From the NCBI GenBank assembly GCA_046290465.1, contig JBKAGP010000001.1:2656001-2720000 (forward strand): a stretch of DNA of 64,000 nucleotides. The letters are read 5' to 3'. Positions 40,169 through 51,850 of the stretch are shown here, piece by piece (the first letter of the stretch is position 1; each line of letters opens with the position of its first letter). The stretch comes from Planctomycetota bacterium (GTDB lineage Bacteria; Planctomycetota; UBA1135; UBA2386). The notes under the pieces were generated by a model. It searched no databases. It worked only from the letters and a program-made list of their open reading frames with translations, and was not told the DNA's origin. The translations under genes were made by a program, and so were the position numbers.

Positions 40169-40231
40169 GGTGCTGCGATCATCGCGCGCCGTCGTCGGGG
40201 CGCAAGCCAACCGCTCGCGCCAGGCGGCCGA

Positions 40232-43027
<2,796 letters not shown>

Positions 43028-43083
43028 GGCCGCTCCTCGCGTCGCCTCGCGATGGTAGCATTGCCGGCGCTTCGTCCGCACCG

Positions 43084-43668
43084 ATGCGTTCCAGTCACGA
43101 TCTCGGCCTCGAGGCGTCGCGCGGCGACCGCGGCGCCGTCGAGGAGCTGCTCGTCCGCCACCTGCCGGGCCTGCGCAGCTACGTGCGACTCAAGGCCGGC
43201 CGGCTGGTCCGGGCGCGCGAGAACGAGTCCGACGTGGTGCAGTCGGTGTGCCGCGAGGTGCTGCAGGAAGCGGCGGCGTTCCGCTACGGCGGCGAGGCCG
43301 GCTTCCGGCACTGGCTGTACGCGACCGCGATGCGCAAGATCCTCGACAAGCACAAGCGTCACACCGCCGGCCGGCGCGACGTGCGACGCGAGGCGGCGTC
43401 GCCTTCGGAATCGGGGGATGGTGCGGCCCTGGCCGACCTGCGGTTCGCGTCGCCGTCGGGAGCCGCGATCGGCGCCGAACAGTTCGAACGGCTGGCCGCG
43501 GCGTTCGACGAACTGCCCGAGGACTACGCCGAGGTGATCCTGCTGTCGCGCGTCGTCGGCCTGCCCCGCAAGGACGTCGCGGCGGCGATGGCGCGGACCG
43601 AGGCCTCGGTGCGCAACCTGCTGCACCGAGGCCTCGCCGAACTGGCGCGCAGGTACGACGGCGGCTAG
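43084..43668 (+). CDS. ECF sigma factor
   Basis: GDRGAVEELL..LRSYV, SDVVQ, FRHWLY..RKILD (sigma2); LPEDYAEVILL..VAAAM..SVRNLLHRG (sigma4). Confidence 0.9.
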   Translation: MRSSHDLGLEASRGDRGAVEELLVRHLPGLRSYVRLKAGRLVRARENESDVVQSVCREVLQEAAAFRYGGEAGFRHWLYATAMRKILDKHKRHTAGRRDVRREAASPSESGDGAALADLRFASPSGAAIGAEQFERLAAAFDELPEDYAEVILLSRVVGLPRKDVAAAMARTEASVRNLLHRGLAELARRYDGG

Positions 43669-43759
43669 CTCGAAATCGATCCGGTGGTCGGCGCACGGGT
43701 GCATGCCCGGTCGATCGAGCGCGGGCCGTCGCCGTCTCGCGGCTCGTCACGGATTTCGA

Positions 43760-44671
43760 TCAGCTTCGGATCGCGACCGCTTCGGTCTCGGCCACGACGT
43801 GGTCGACGATCCACTCGATCACGCGTTCGGGGCCGACGAGGTCCTGCCAGGTCACACCGGCAGCCCTCGCCATGTCGATCAGCTCGGCCTGCAGCGAACG
43901 CACGGCATCGAAGCGGATCACGTGGCCGGCGCCCGAACCGGCCGGGTCGGACCGCATGCGACGCATCATCAGGCCGCGGTGCAGCGACTCGTCCTGCAGC
44001 GTCAGCAGCAACTCGAGCACCAGCGCGTCGCTGCCTCGTGCGGCCAGCGCGGCGCGCACGCCGCCCGGAACCAGGTGGGAGCCGACCAGGATCACGCTGC
44101 GACGTTCGTCGACCATGCGGCCGGCGACCGCAGCGGCAGCACCGCAGACCGCGCTGGCCTGGCGGTGGAAGCCCTGCGCGGCGCCGGCGCGATCCCGGCC
44201 CAGCGTCGCGTGCGCGGGCAGGTGCAGTTCTGGCAGCGCGGATTCGGGGATCGTCGTGCGCAGCACCTCGCGCAGGCCGTCGGTGGGGATCACCCGCCGG
44301 ACCCCCAGCGGTTCGGCGAGGCGGGTGGCGACGGTCGACTTGCCGACGCCCGGAGCCCCCATCAGGCACAGCACCAACGGCCGCCCGCTGTGGCGGAACC
44401 GCCGCCACGCGCGGAAGCGCTCGGCCCCCGATGCGCCGACCTCCGCTTCGAGGACCGCGGCGGCCAGCTCGGCGAGGTCGCCAGACGACAGCTCGTGTTC
44501 GTGCCGCTGGTGCAGGCCGTCAACGAGCTGGCCCGCCAGGCGGAAGGCGGTCGGCGCGTCGACGCCGGCGACGCGCAGGCTGGTCGCCAGCGTCTCCACC
44601 GAGAACGGCAGCGTCACGCCGGCACGGTTGCGGATCAATACGAGTTGCGATGAGCGGTTCTCGGCATGCAT
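43760..44671 (-). CDS. 2-phosphoglycerate kinase-like P-loop kinase
   Basis: N-terminal PFS..L..SL..AG, GAPGVGKST, IPTDGLREVLR, PELH, G.HLVPG. Confidence 0.75.
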   Translation of the reverse strand: MHAENRSSQLVLIRNRAGVTLPFSVETLATSLRVAGVDAPTAFRLAGQLVDGLHQRHEHELSSGDLAELAAAVLEAEVGASGAERFRAWRRFRHSGRPLVLCLMGAPGVGKSTVATRLAEPLGVRRVIPTDGLREVLRTTIPESALPELHLPAHATLGRDRAGAAQGFHRQASAVCGAAAAVAGRMVDERRSVILVGSHLVPGGVRAALAARGSDALVLELLLTLQDESLHRGLMMRRMRSDPAGSGAGHVIRFDAVRSLQAELIDMARAAGVTWQDLVGPERVIEWIVDHVVAETEAVAIRS

Positions 44672-44848
44672 GGTTCTTCCCCTTGTCGAGCGCGCGAACG
44701 CGCGACGCCCGTGTCGCACGGATCGCCGAGCCGGCCGCCGCGGTTGCATCGAACGTGCAGCCGTCCCGATGCGAGACGCGCCGCGCGGAGGCCCGATGGC
44801 AACGGGACGACCCGTCGATCTGCGGTGCCGCGCGGCCACGGCGCCCGG

Positions 44849-46345
44849 TCAGAACACACCGACCGTCAGCGAGAACGCATCGGTCGCCCACGCCGTCCCC
44901 AATCCGCCCGTCGCCGGAAGTTCGACGACCAGGGACTGGTGGTGCCAGCTCGCCCCCCCGAGCGACGGGTCCGCCGGCAACGTCCAGGTCCACGCGTGCT
45001 GCGTGCCCGTCGCGACCGCCAGGTCGACGAACTCGGGCTGCACGTGCAGCACGCAGCCGGCCGCCGCGGTCGGCAGCACGTTGCCGAGCGGCAGCGCGGC
45101 CGGGGTCGAACCGGCGACCAGGGCGACGATCGCCGGCGCGGCGATGCCCGTGACGTTCGCCGACCAGGTGCCGCCGGCGAACGACGTGCCGGCGTCGAGC
45201 GACGGGCCACCGCAGCCGGCCGCGAGCTGCGTGGCCGCCGCCGGACAGGTCGTGGTGCGGCGCGCCAGGTACGGACTGCTGACCCCGTTGACGGTCTGGA
45301 ACGACCCCGCCAGCACCAGCTCGCCCTCGAAGACCTCGCCGTCGCGCGCGCTGCCGGTCCCGAACGTGACGCCGAGCGAACTCCAGGTGGTCCCGTCCCA
45401 ACGGGCCGCGCCGCTGACCGGCACGCCGTTGAGCAGCGAGAAGAAGCCGAACGCACCGAGCGTGCCGTCGGGAAGCTCGACGAACCGGTTGACCACGTTG
45501 TTGCTCTGGTTCGACATCGAGTGCCAGGTGTTGCCCTCGAGCCGCGCCACCCGGTCCGCGGCCACGCCGTCGATCGACGTGAACCAACCGCTGACGACGA
45601 GGTCGCCGTCAGGCCGTTCGTGGATCGCGCGGATCGCGCCGTTGCAGGAAGAAGCCAGCGGCTGCCACGACGTGCCGTCCCAGCGCGCCAGCCGCTGGAT
45701 CGGCGTGCCGCCGGAGTTGAGGAACTGCCCGCCCGCGATCAGGTCGCCGTTGCTGCGCACGCACAGCACTTCGACGAGGTCGTCGAAGCCTGCCGCCATC
45801 GGGAACCAGGCACCGTTGCTGCGGCGCGCGATCCGGCTCGCGCTGACGCCGCCGGCCGCCGACAGGTAGCCGCCGACGACCAGGTCGCCGTTGGGCAGCA
45901 CGGCGTGGCAGTAGACGGCACCCTGCACGACGTAGCCCGCGCCCCAGCCGCTGCTGCCGAAGCGCGCCAGGTTGGCGCTCGGCTGGCCACCGGCCATCGA
46001 GAAGTCCCCGCCGATCAGCAGCGAACCGTCGGGCAGTTCGCCGAGCGTGCGGATGGTGCCGTTGACGCCGTTGGTCCCGACGCCCTGCAGGGCATGCCAC
46101 TGGCTGCCGTCCCAGCGCGCGATGCGATTGGCCGGCACGCCGCCGATCGAGGTCAGCCCGCCGGCGACGACCAGGTCCCCACCCCATCGTCGCACGTGCC
46201 AGAGCGAGTTGCCGGCGACGACCGACGTCTGGGTCGGGCCCGCCGCGATGCCGTGGCTCGGCAGCACGACGGGCTGGCACTGGCACGGCAGCACGCAAGC
46301 GGCCGACAGGACGGAGGCGAGGAAGACGGCACGAACGTGGTCCAT
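44849..46345 (-). CDS. Secreted WDG-repeat beta-propeller protein with a distinct C-terminal domain
   Basis: ATG 46345 with a signal peptide. About six repeats of PxGDLxxGGxF..IARWDGxxW. C-terminal ~130-aa domain with two Cys. Confidence 0.85.
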   Translation of the reverse strand: MDHVRAVFLASVLSAACVLPCQCQPVVLPSHGIAAGPTQTSVVAGNSLWHVRRWGGDLVVAGGLTSIGGVPANRIARWDGSQWHALQGVGTNGVNGTIRTLGELPDGSLLIGGDFSMAGGQPSANLARFGSSGWGAGYVVQGAVYCHAVLPNGDLVVGGYLSAAGGVSASRIARRSNGAWFPMAAGFDDLVEVLCVRSNGDLIAGGQFLNSGGTPIQRLARWDGTSWQPLASSCNGAIRAIHERPDGDLVVSGWFTSIDGVAADRVARLEGNTWHSMSNQSNNVVNRFVELPDGTLGAFGFFSLLNGVPVSGAARWDGTTWSSLGVTFGTGSARDGEVFEGELVLAGSFQTVNGVSSPYLARRTTTCPAAATQLAAGCGGPSLDAGTSFAGGTWSANVTGIAAPAIVALVAGSTPAALPLGNVLPTAAAGCVLHVQPEFVDLAVATGTQHAWTWTLPADPSLGGASWHHQSLVVELPATGGLGTAWATDAFSLTVGVF

Positions 46346-46388
46346 GCCGTCCCGATCGAGCGGCGCCGGGCCGCGTCTCGCAAAACCC

Positions 46389-46448
46389 CGAATCCCCCCA
46401 ACTCCCGAATACCCCCAACTCTCGAATACCCCCAACTCTCGAATACCC
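46389..46448. repeat. 3.5 copies of a 17-bp tandem repeat in a divergent promoter region
   Basis: cgaatccccccaactcc / cgaatacccccaactct / cgaatacccccaactct / cgaataccc. Confidence 0.9.
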
Positions 46449-46556
46449 GAGGTGCGCTTGCGCCGGACGGCCCCGGGGCCCAGTCTCGCGAGACCGGCAC
46501 AAGCCGGGACGCGGAAAAGCCGATGCCAACGACGGGCCAGTGGCCCGGAGCACCCG

Positions 46557-47456
46557 ATGACCGAGACCCCGAAGACCCCCACCCAGAACGACGCGCAGGC
46601 CCACAGCTACCGGATCGCCGCGATCCGGAACTCGACGTCCTACCGCCAGGCGCACACCGATCCGGACTTCATGGGTCGCAAGGAGCTGCGGCCGGTCCGC
46701 CTGCAGCTCGAGCTGCTGAAGCCGGAGCTGATCCAGGAGGAGGAGGGCGTGCGGTCGACGGTGGTCGTGTTCGGCGGCACCCGCGTCGTCGAACGCTCGG
46801 ACGGCGAACAGCGTCTCGCCGCCGCCCGCGAGGCGCTCGAGGCCGACCCGGACGATCCGAACAAGCAGCGCGCGGTGCGGATCGCCGAGAACGTGCTGAA
46901 GAAGGCCGGCTACTACGACGAGGCCCGCGAGTTCGGCCGGCTGGTGTCGGGCAGCTGCCAGATCGACCACACCTGCGACTACGTGATCAGCACCGGCGGC
47001 GGCCCCGGCATCATGGAGGCCGCCAACCGCGGCGCCTTCGACGTCGGCGCCAAGTCGATCGGGCTCAACATCACGCTGCCGTTCGAGCAGGAGCCCAACA
47101 GCTACATCACCCCGGCGCTGTGCTTCGAGTTCAAGTACTTCGCGATCCGCAAGATGCACTTCCTGATGCGGGCGAAGGCGATGGTCGCGTTCCCCGGCGG
47201 CTTCGGCACCATGGACGAACTGTTCGAGGCGCTGACGCTGATCCAGACCAAGCGCATGGAGCCGATCCCGGTGATCCTGTTCGGCCGTGACTACTGGAGC
47301 CGACTGGTCAACTGGGACCTGTTCGTCGAGGAGGGCACGATCTCGCCCAAGGACCTCGACCTGATCAGCTACGCCGAGAGCGCCGAGGAGTGCTGGCAGC
47401 TGATCAAGGACTTCTACAAGGACCGCGCCGGCGAGACGCTGCCGCGCGGCCAGTAG
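46557..47456 (+). CDS. LOG-family nucleotide phosphoribohydrolase
   Basis: VVFGGTR, TGGGPGIMEAAN, FFA-like YFAIRK, PGGFGTMDELFE. Confidence 0.9.
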   Translation: MTETPKTPTQNDAQAHSYRIAAIRNSTSYRQAHTDPDFMGRKELRPVRLQLELLKPELIQEEEGVRSTVVVFGGTRVVERSDGEQRLAAAREALEADPDDPNKQRAVRIAENVLKKAGYYDEAREFGRLVSGSCQIDHTCDYVISTGGGPGIMEAANRGAFDVGAKSIGLNITLPFEQEPNSYITPALCFEFKYFAIRKMHFLMRAKAMVAFPGGFGTMDELFEALTLIQTKRMEPIPVILFGRDYWSRLVNWDLFVEEGTISPKDLDLISYAESAEECWQLIKDFYKDRAGETLPRGQ

Positions 47457-47468
47457 CGCCCGCGCCGC

Positions 47469-48281
47469 TCAGCGCTGCCGGAACAGCAGCGCCGACAGGT
47501 CGTCCGGCTTGCCGACGACGCGGCGGTCGGCCTGGGCCATGCGCTGCGAAGCGAGCGCGAGCAGGCGCTCCGCCGCGGCCGGCAGCGGCCCCTTGCGCAC
47601 CACCTCGACGACCTCGTCGACGGTCAGGTTGTCCCACAGCCCGTCGCTGGCCAGCACCACGGTGTCGAACGGCGCCAGCCGGATGGCGCTCGCCACCTCG
47701 ACGCGCATGCCCGCCATGCCGACGCAGTTGGACAGCAGGTGCCGGTCCTCGTGGCGCAGGCCGGCGCCGGCGTCGAGCATGCCGGACTCGACCGCGTAGC
47801 CGACCGGCGAATGGCTGACGGTGCGGTGCTTGACGCGACCGCGCTGGCCGACGACCAGCAGCTCGGAGTCGCCCGCGTGGCAGGTGCGCAGTTCGCCGCC
47901 CGCGACGATCGCGCACAGCACCGTGGTCGCGCTGCCGCCGCCGTCCTGCAGCAGACCCTGGTTGGTGTCCTCGATCGCCGCCATCGTCGCCGCGCGCAGC
48001 GCGCCGCCGTCGGGCGCGGCCTCGCTCCAGGCGGCCGACACGGCCTGCACGACCCTGCCGGCGGCCACGTGGCCGCGCGGCGCGCCGCCGACGCCGTCGG
48101 CGACCACCAGCGCGGTCGCCGTCGGCGACGACCAGACCGCCGCGGCGTCCTCGCACGGCTCGTCGCCGGTGCGCGTCGGCGAGCGCTGCAGCACCAGCAC
48201 GGCGCGCCCACCGGGCAGCTCGACCTGCTCGAGCGCCGGCGCGTCGGCCGCCAGCCAGCGCTTGCACGCAGCGGCGCTCAC
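47469..48281 (-). CDS. PP2C-family Ser/Thr phosphatase
   Basis: CEDA, VADGVGG, ATT, HAGDSE, LASDGLWD, DDLS. GTG 48281 overlaps the kinase stop. Confidence 0.88.
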   Translation of the reverse strand: MSAAACKRWLAADAPALEQVELPGGRAVLVLQRSPTRTGDEPCEDAAAVWSSPTATALVVADGVGGAPRGHVAAGRVVQAVSAAWSEAAPDGGALRAATMAAIEDTNQGLLQDGGGSATTVLCAIVAGGELRTCHAGDSELLVVGQRGRVKHRTVSHSPVGYAVESGMLDAGAGLRHEDRHLLSNCVGMAGMRVEVASAIRLAPFDTVVLASDGLWDNLTVDEVVEVVRKGPLPAAAERLLALASQRMAQADRRVVGKPDDLSALLFRQR

Positions 48282-49075
48282 GCCCGCCTCCCGTTGCGCA
48301 GCCGGCGGTCCAGCTGGCGACGCGCCTCGTCGAACGCACGCAGCATCTGCCCGGCGTCGCGGTAGCGCTTGCGCGCCTCGGGCTCGAGCGCGCGCTGCAG
48401 CACCGGCAGGAATTCGCGGGCGCGCCGACGGATCTTGTCGCGGCCGACCAGCGGCCAGCGATACGGCCATTCGGGCAGCACCCCGGCCAGCAGGCGGTAG
48501 ACGATCAAGCCCGCCGAGAACACGTCCGAACGCGCGCTGGGCCGCCCCATCGCCTGTTCGGGCGCCACGTAGCCGACCGTTCCGGACGACGAGGCCTGCA
48601 GGGTCCGCACCGAGTTCTTGGCCAGCCCGAAGTCGCCGAGCTGCGCGGTGCCGTCCTCGAACAGGATGACGTTGTCGGGCTTGACGTCGCAGTGGATGAC
48701 GCGGCGTTCGTGCGCGTAGGCCAGCGCCGCCAGCAGCTGCCGGCCGTAGCTGAGCGCGTTGTCGAGCGACATCCGGTACGACAGCCGTTCCTGCAGCGAG
48801 CGCTGCCCCATCGGGTAGGCCAGCGTCAGCCGGCCGTCGAGCATGTCCGCGTTCTTGAGGCGCAGCACGTTGGGGTGGTCGAGGCTGGCGCTGATGCGGA
48901 TCTCACGCTCGAAGTCGGCGCGAACGTCCGCGTCGAGCCGTTCGGCGAGCGGGACCTTCAGCGCGACGGTCAGCCGCTCGAGCGTGTCGTACGCCTCGAA
49001 CACATCGGCGAAGCCGCCGCGCGCCAGGCGGCGGCGAAGCTTGTACTTTCCGAGCCTGCCGCCCACACGCAACAT
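48278..49075 (-). CDS. Stand-alone cytoplasmic Hanks-type Ser/Thr kinase
   Basis: GGFADV, VALK, HCDVKPDN, DFGLA, GTVGYVAPEQ, SDVF. Confidence 0.92.
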   Translation of the reverse strand: MLRVGGRLGKYKLRRRLARGGFADVFEAYDTLERLTVALKVPLAERLDADVRADFEREIRISASLDHPNVLRLKNADMLDGRLTLAYPMGQRSLQERLSYRMSLDNALSYGRQLLAALAYAHERRVIHCDVKPDNVILFEDGTAQLGDFGLAKNSVRTLQASSSGTVGYVAPEQAMGRPSARSDVFSAGLIVYRLLAGVLPEWPYRWPLVGRDKIRRRAREFLPVLQRALEPEARKRYRDAGQMLRAFDEARRQLDRRLRNGRRA

Positions 49076-49111
49076 CGTCGCCGCAGCATAGCGCGGCCAT
49101 CGGCCGCGGTT

Positions 49112-49552
49112 CTACTTGCCCTTCTTGCCCTTGGGCTCCTTCTTGGCCTTCTTGGCCTTCTTCGGCTTGGCGTCCTTCTTCGGCTCGCCCTTCTTGTCGG
49201 CCTTGGCCTGCAGCTCGGCGATCAGCTTCTCGGCGCCTTCCTTGTCGATCGACGGCTTGACGACCTTCATCTTCTTGGCCTTCGGCGCCGGCGTGGAGAA
49301 CTTCTCCTTGTTCTTCTTCGCCTCCTTGGCCGCTTCCTTGTGCTCGGCCACGGCCTTCTTGTGCTCGGCCTTCAGCTCCTTCTTGAGCTCGGCGACACCG
49401 GCCTTGGTGACGATGCGGTATTCCTGGTCGACCTGGACCACGGCGTAGAGCACCGGCTTGTCCTGGGTCTTCTTCTGCGCCACGGCGGGAGCCGCGGTGG
49501 CGGCGACGAGCAGGGACAGCAGAGCAACACGAGCGAACGGGATACGGGTCAT
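49112..49552 (-). CDS. Secreted Lys/Ala/Glu-rich hypothetical protein
   Basis: Signal peptide ending AVA|Q, then strongly Lys-rich. Starts 1 bp after the FGase stop. Confidence 0.75.
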   Translation of the reverse strand: MTRIPFARVALLSLLVAATAAPAVAQKKTQDKPVLYAVVQVDQEYRIVTKAGVAELKKELKAEHKKAVAEHKEAAKEAKKNKEKFSTPAPKAKKMKVVKPSIDKEGAEKLIAELQAKADKKGEPKKDAKPKKAKKAKKEPKGKKGK

Positions 49553-49553
49553 T

Positions 49554-50303
49554 TCAGTCGTCCTCCTTTGGACGTTGGGTGCCCTGGGCTAGCAACGTGT
49601 GTGCCGCGCCGGTCTCGGTCAGCCACGCACACCACTCGGACAGCGCCGCGAACACCCGTTCGCGCTGCTCCGGGTAGGCCGGGGAGGTCGTGCGCGACAG
49701 CTCGACCTGCACCCACGGCATGCGCTGGCCGTGCGTGCGGGTGATGTAGCCCCCGGCGAACGGCTCGTCGATGGTGACGTCGCCGCCGAAGTGCGCCGCG
49801 AACGCGTCGCGCAGCCGCTCGACCCAGGTCCGATCACAGCTCGCGCCTCCGACGTGGCCGAGGCACACCGCCGGACGCCGAACGCCCGGATCCGGACCGA
49901 TCGGAGGCCCGACGTCCGACATCGTGTGGCAGTCGACCCCGGCGAACACCGCGGTCGGCGCCGCCAGGAGCCGCTGGTGGTAATCCGTGTGCAGCTCCAG
50001 CAGCCGGGCGACGTCAGCCGGCTCCAGCGGCGTGCGCCAGACAGGCTCCTGCCAGCAGGTGGTGGTCTTGACGACCCCGTCGGCCCGCTCCTGGTCGTCG
50101 GGCGCGCGGTTCATGTCGAGCACGGCCCGGGCCACCGGCGTGCTCACGAACGCCGCGACGCGGTCGCGCAGGTCGTAGATCTGGCCGGCCCCGACGTCGC
50201 CGTCGGCGACCAGCTGGGCGTCGTCGAGCAGGCATCGCTCGCGCAGCCAGTCCGGCACCTGCAGGCCGGCGTGCGGCACCGACAGCAGCAGCGGCAGGAT
50301 CAC
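49554..50303 (-). CDS. N-formylglutamate amidohydrolase family protein
   Basis: SVPHAG, RAVLDMNR, YH, DCHTM, PFAGGYIT, QVELSR. GTG 50303 overlaps the GGT stop. Confidence 0.88.
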   Translation of the reverse strand: MILPLLLSVPHAGLQVPDWLRERCLLDDAQLVADGDVGAGQIYDLRDRVAAFVSTPVARAVLDMNRAPDDQERADGVVKTTTCWQEPVWRTPLEPADVARLLELHTDYHQRLLAAPTAVFAGVDCHTMSDVGPPIGPDPGVRRPAVCLGHVGGASCDRTWVERLRDAFAAHFGGDVTIDEPFAGGYITRTHGQRMPWVQVELSRTTSPAYPEQRERVFAALSEWCAWLTETGAAHTLLAQGTQRPKEDD

Positions 50304-51850
50304 GCGCCCACCGCCGCGCCGTCCCGGCGCAGGTCGGCGACCCCGACCATGCCGTCGCGTTCGCGCGCCACGGCCTGCACACACCCGAGGTAGAACGAGA
50401 ACGGTTCGACCTCGCGCACCGTGAAGCCGCGCCGCAGCAGCGCCTTGGGGATGTCGGAGCGCATCCGGGACGCCTCGAGGGCGACCTGGCCGGCGACGCT
50501 GGTGTGCAGCCGCGGCGCCGAGATGGCGTCCATCAGCGACTGGCTGCGCAGCCGGTCGAGCACCTGCGCGACCGCCGAGACGATCCGTTCGCTGCCCGGT
50601 GAGCCGAGCACGACCTTGGGCCGCTTGCCCTGCATGACGATGGTCGGCGCGACGCTCGCCCACGGCACCGCGTTGGGCCGCAGGAAGTACGGGTGCGAGA
50701 TGTCCGAGTGCTCGAAGGCACTCATGTAGTTGTTGTAGAGGAAGCCGAGCTCCGGGCTGGCCGCGAACGAGCCGTAGACCCGCTCAATCGACTGCGTCAG
50801 CGCGACCGCGCAGCCGTCGGCATCCATCACCGACAGGTGCGTGGTCTCGCCCGAGGTGCGCACCCGCGCCCGGATCTGCCGGGCGACCACGCGGGCGTAG
50901 TCGTCGTCGAGCAGCCGGCGGTCCTGCACCTGCTGGAAGAAGTTCGGATCGAACGGCCGATCGTGCCGGTCGAGCATCGCCCGCCGCACGACCTCCGCGA
51001 GCACGATCGCGCCCTCGGCGGTGTCGGCCCGGCGTCGCTTCTCGGGGAACTGCTCGAGCAGCTTGAGGATGTGCAGCAGCGAGCGGCCGGCGCCGGCCGG
51101 CGGCATCGAGAACACCCGCATCGTCTCGAACCGGCCGCTGACCGGCCGGCGCTCGACCGGACGCGGCACCTGGGCCAGGTCGTCGAGCTGCAGCAGCCCG
51201 CCGTTGCGCTCCATGTCGGCGACGATCGCGCGCGCGGTCTCACCGAGGTAGAAGTCGTCGACGCCCTGCTCGGCCAGCCGCCGCAGCGTGCCCGCCAGCA
51301 CCGGCTGCCGGAACACCTCGCCGACCTCGTACGGGTCCTTGCCGTCCTTGAGGAAGAACCGCGCCGCGGTGCCGTTGCGCAGGTGCTCGAGCTCGCGCAG
51401 CGTCAGGCGGTGCTGCAGCGCCGAGACCTGGAAGCCGTCCTCGCACAGCGCGATCGCCGGCTCCAGCACCTTGGACCACTTCAGCTTGCCGTAGCGCTCG
51501 AGCACGTAGGCCAGCGCGGCCGGCGTGCTGGGCACCGTGGTCGCGCGGTGGCCGCGCAGCCGTTCTTCCTTCTCGAGCTCGGCCGGGGGCGTGCGGTGCG
51601 GGGCGCGCGACGAGCCGTCGATCGCGACCGTTCGCTGCCCCGGCACGTGCAGCATCATCATCGTCTGGCCGCCGAGGCCCGACGCCGCCGGCTCGCAGAC
51701 GCCGAGCGTCAGCGCGGTGGCGATCGCCGCGTCGACGGCGTTGCCGCCGGCCGCGAACATCGCGGCACCGGCCTCGCTGGCCTTGTAGTGCGCCGACGCG
51801 ACGACGCCTCGCTTGCCGAAGGCGACCCGCTGCGGGAAGACCTCGGTCAT
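50300..51850 (-). CDS. Gamma-glutamyltransferase family Ntn-hydrolase (non-canonical)
   Basis: GGNAVDAAIA, SGLGG, FY.G, ETTHLSVMD (Thr nucleophile), YNN, GSPG, APRLH, ADLRRDG. Confidence 0.92.
   Translation of the reverse strand: MTEVFPQRVAFGKRGVVASAHYKASEAGAAMFAAGGNAVDAAIATALTLGVCEPAASGLGGQTMMMLHVPGQRTVAIDGSSRAPHRTPPAELEKEERLRGHRATTVPSTPAALAYVLERYGKLKWSKVLEPAIALCEDGFQVSALQHRLTLRELEHLRNGTAARFFLKDGKDPYEVGEVFRQPVLAGTLRRLAEQGVDDFYLGETARAIVADMERNGGLLQLDDLAQVPRPVERRPVSGRFETMRVFSMPPAGAGRSLLHILKLLEQFPEKRRRADTAEGAIVLAEVVRRAMLDRHDRPFDPNFFQQVQDRRLLDDDYARVVARQIRARVRTSGETTHLSVMDADGCAVALTQSIERVYGSFAASPELGFLYNNYMSAFEHSDISHPYFLRPNAVPWASVAPTIVMQGKRPKVVLGSPGSERIVSAVAQVLDRLRSQSLMDAISAPRLHTSVAGQVALEASRMRSDIPKALLRRGFTVREVEPFSFYLGCVQAVARERDGMVGVADLRRDGAAVGA

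Noticed and set aside
46389..46448. Possible CRISPR array or plasmid iterons
   Set aside because: Repeats are contiguous with no spacers, and no rep or cas gene is nearby.
49554..50303. Histidine utilisation (hutG) operon
   Set aside because: No hutH, hutU, hutI or hutF in the window. The gene is coupled to GGT instead.
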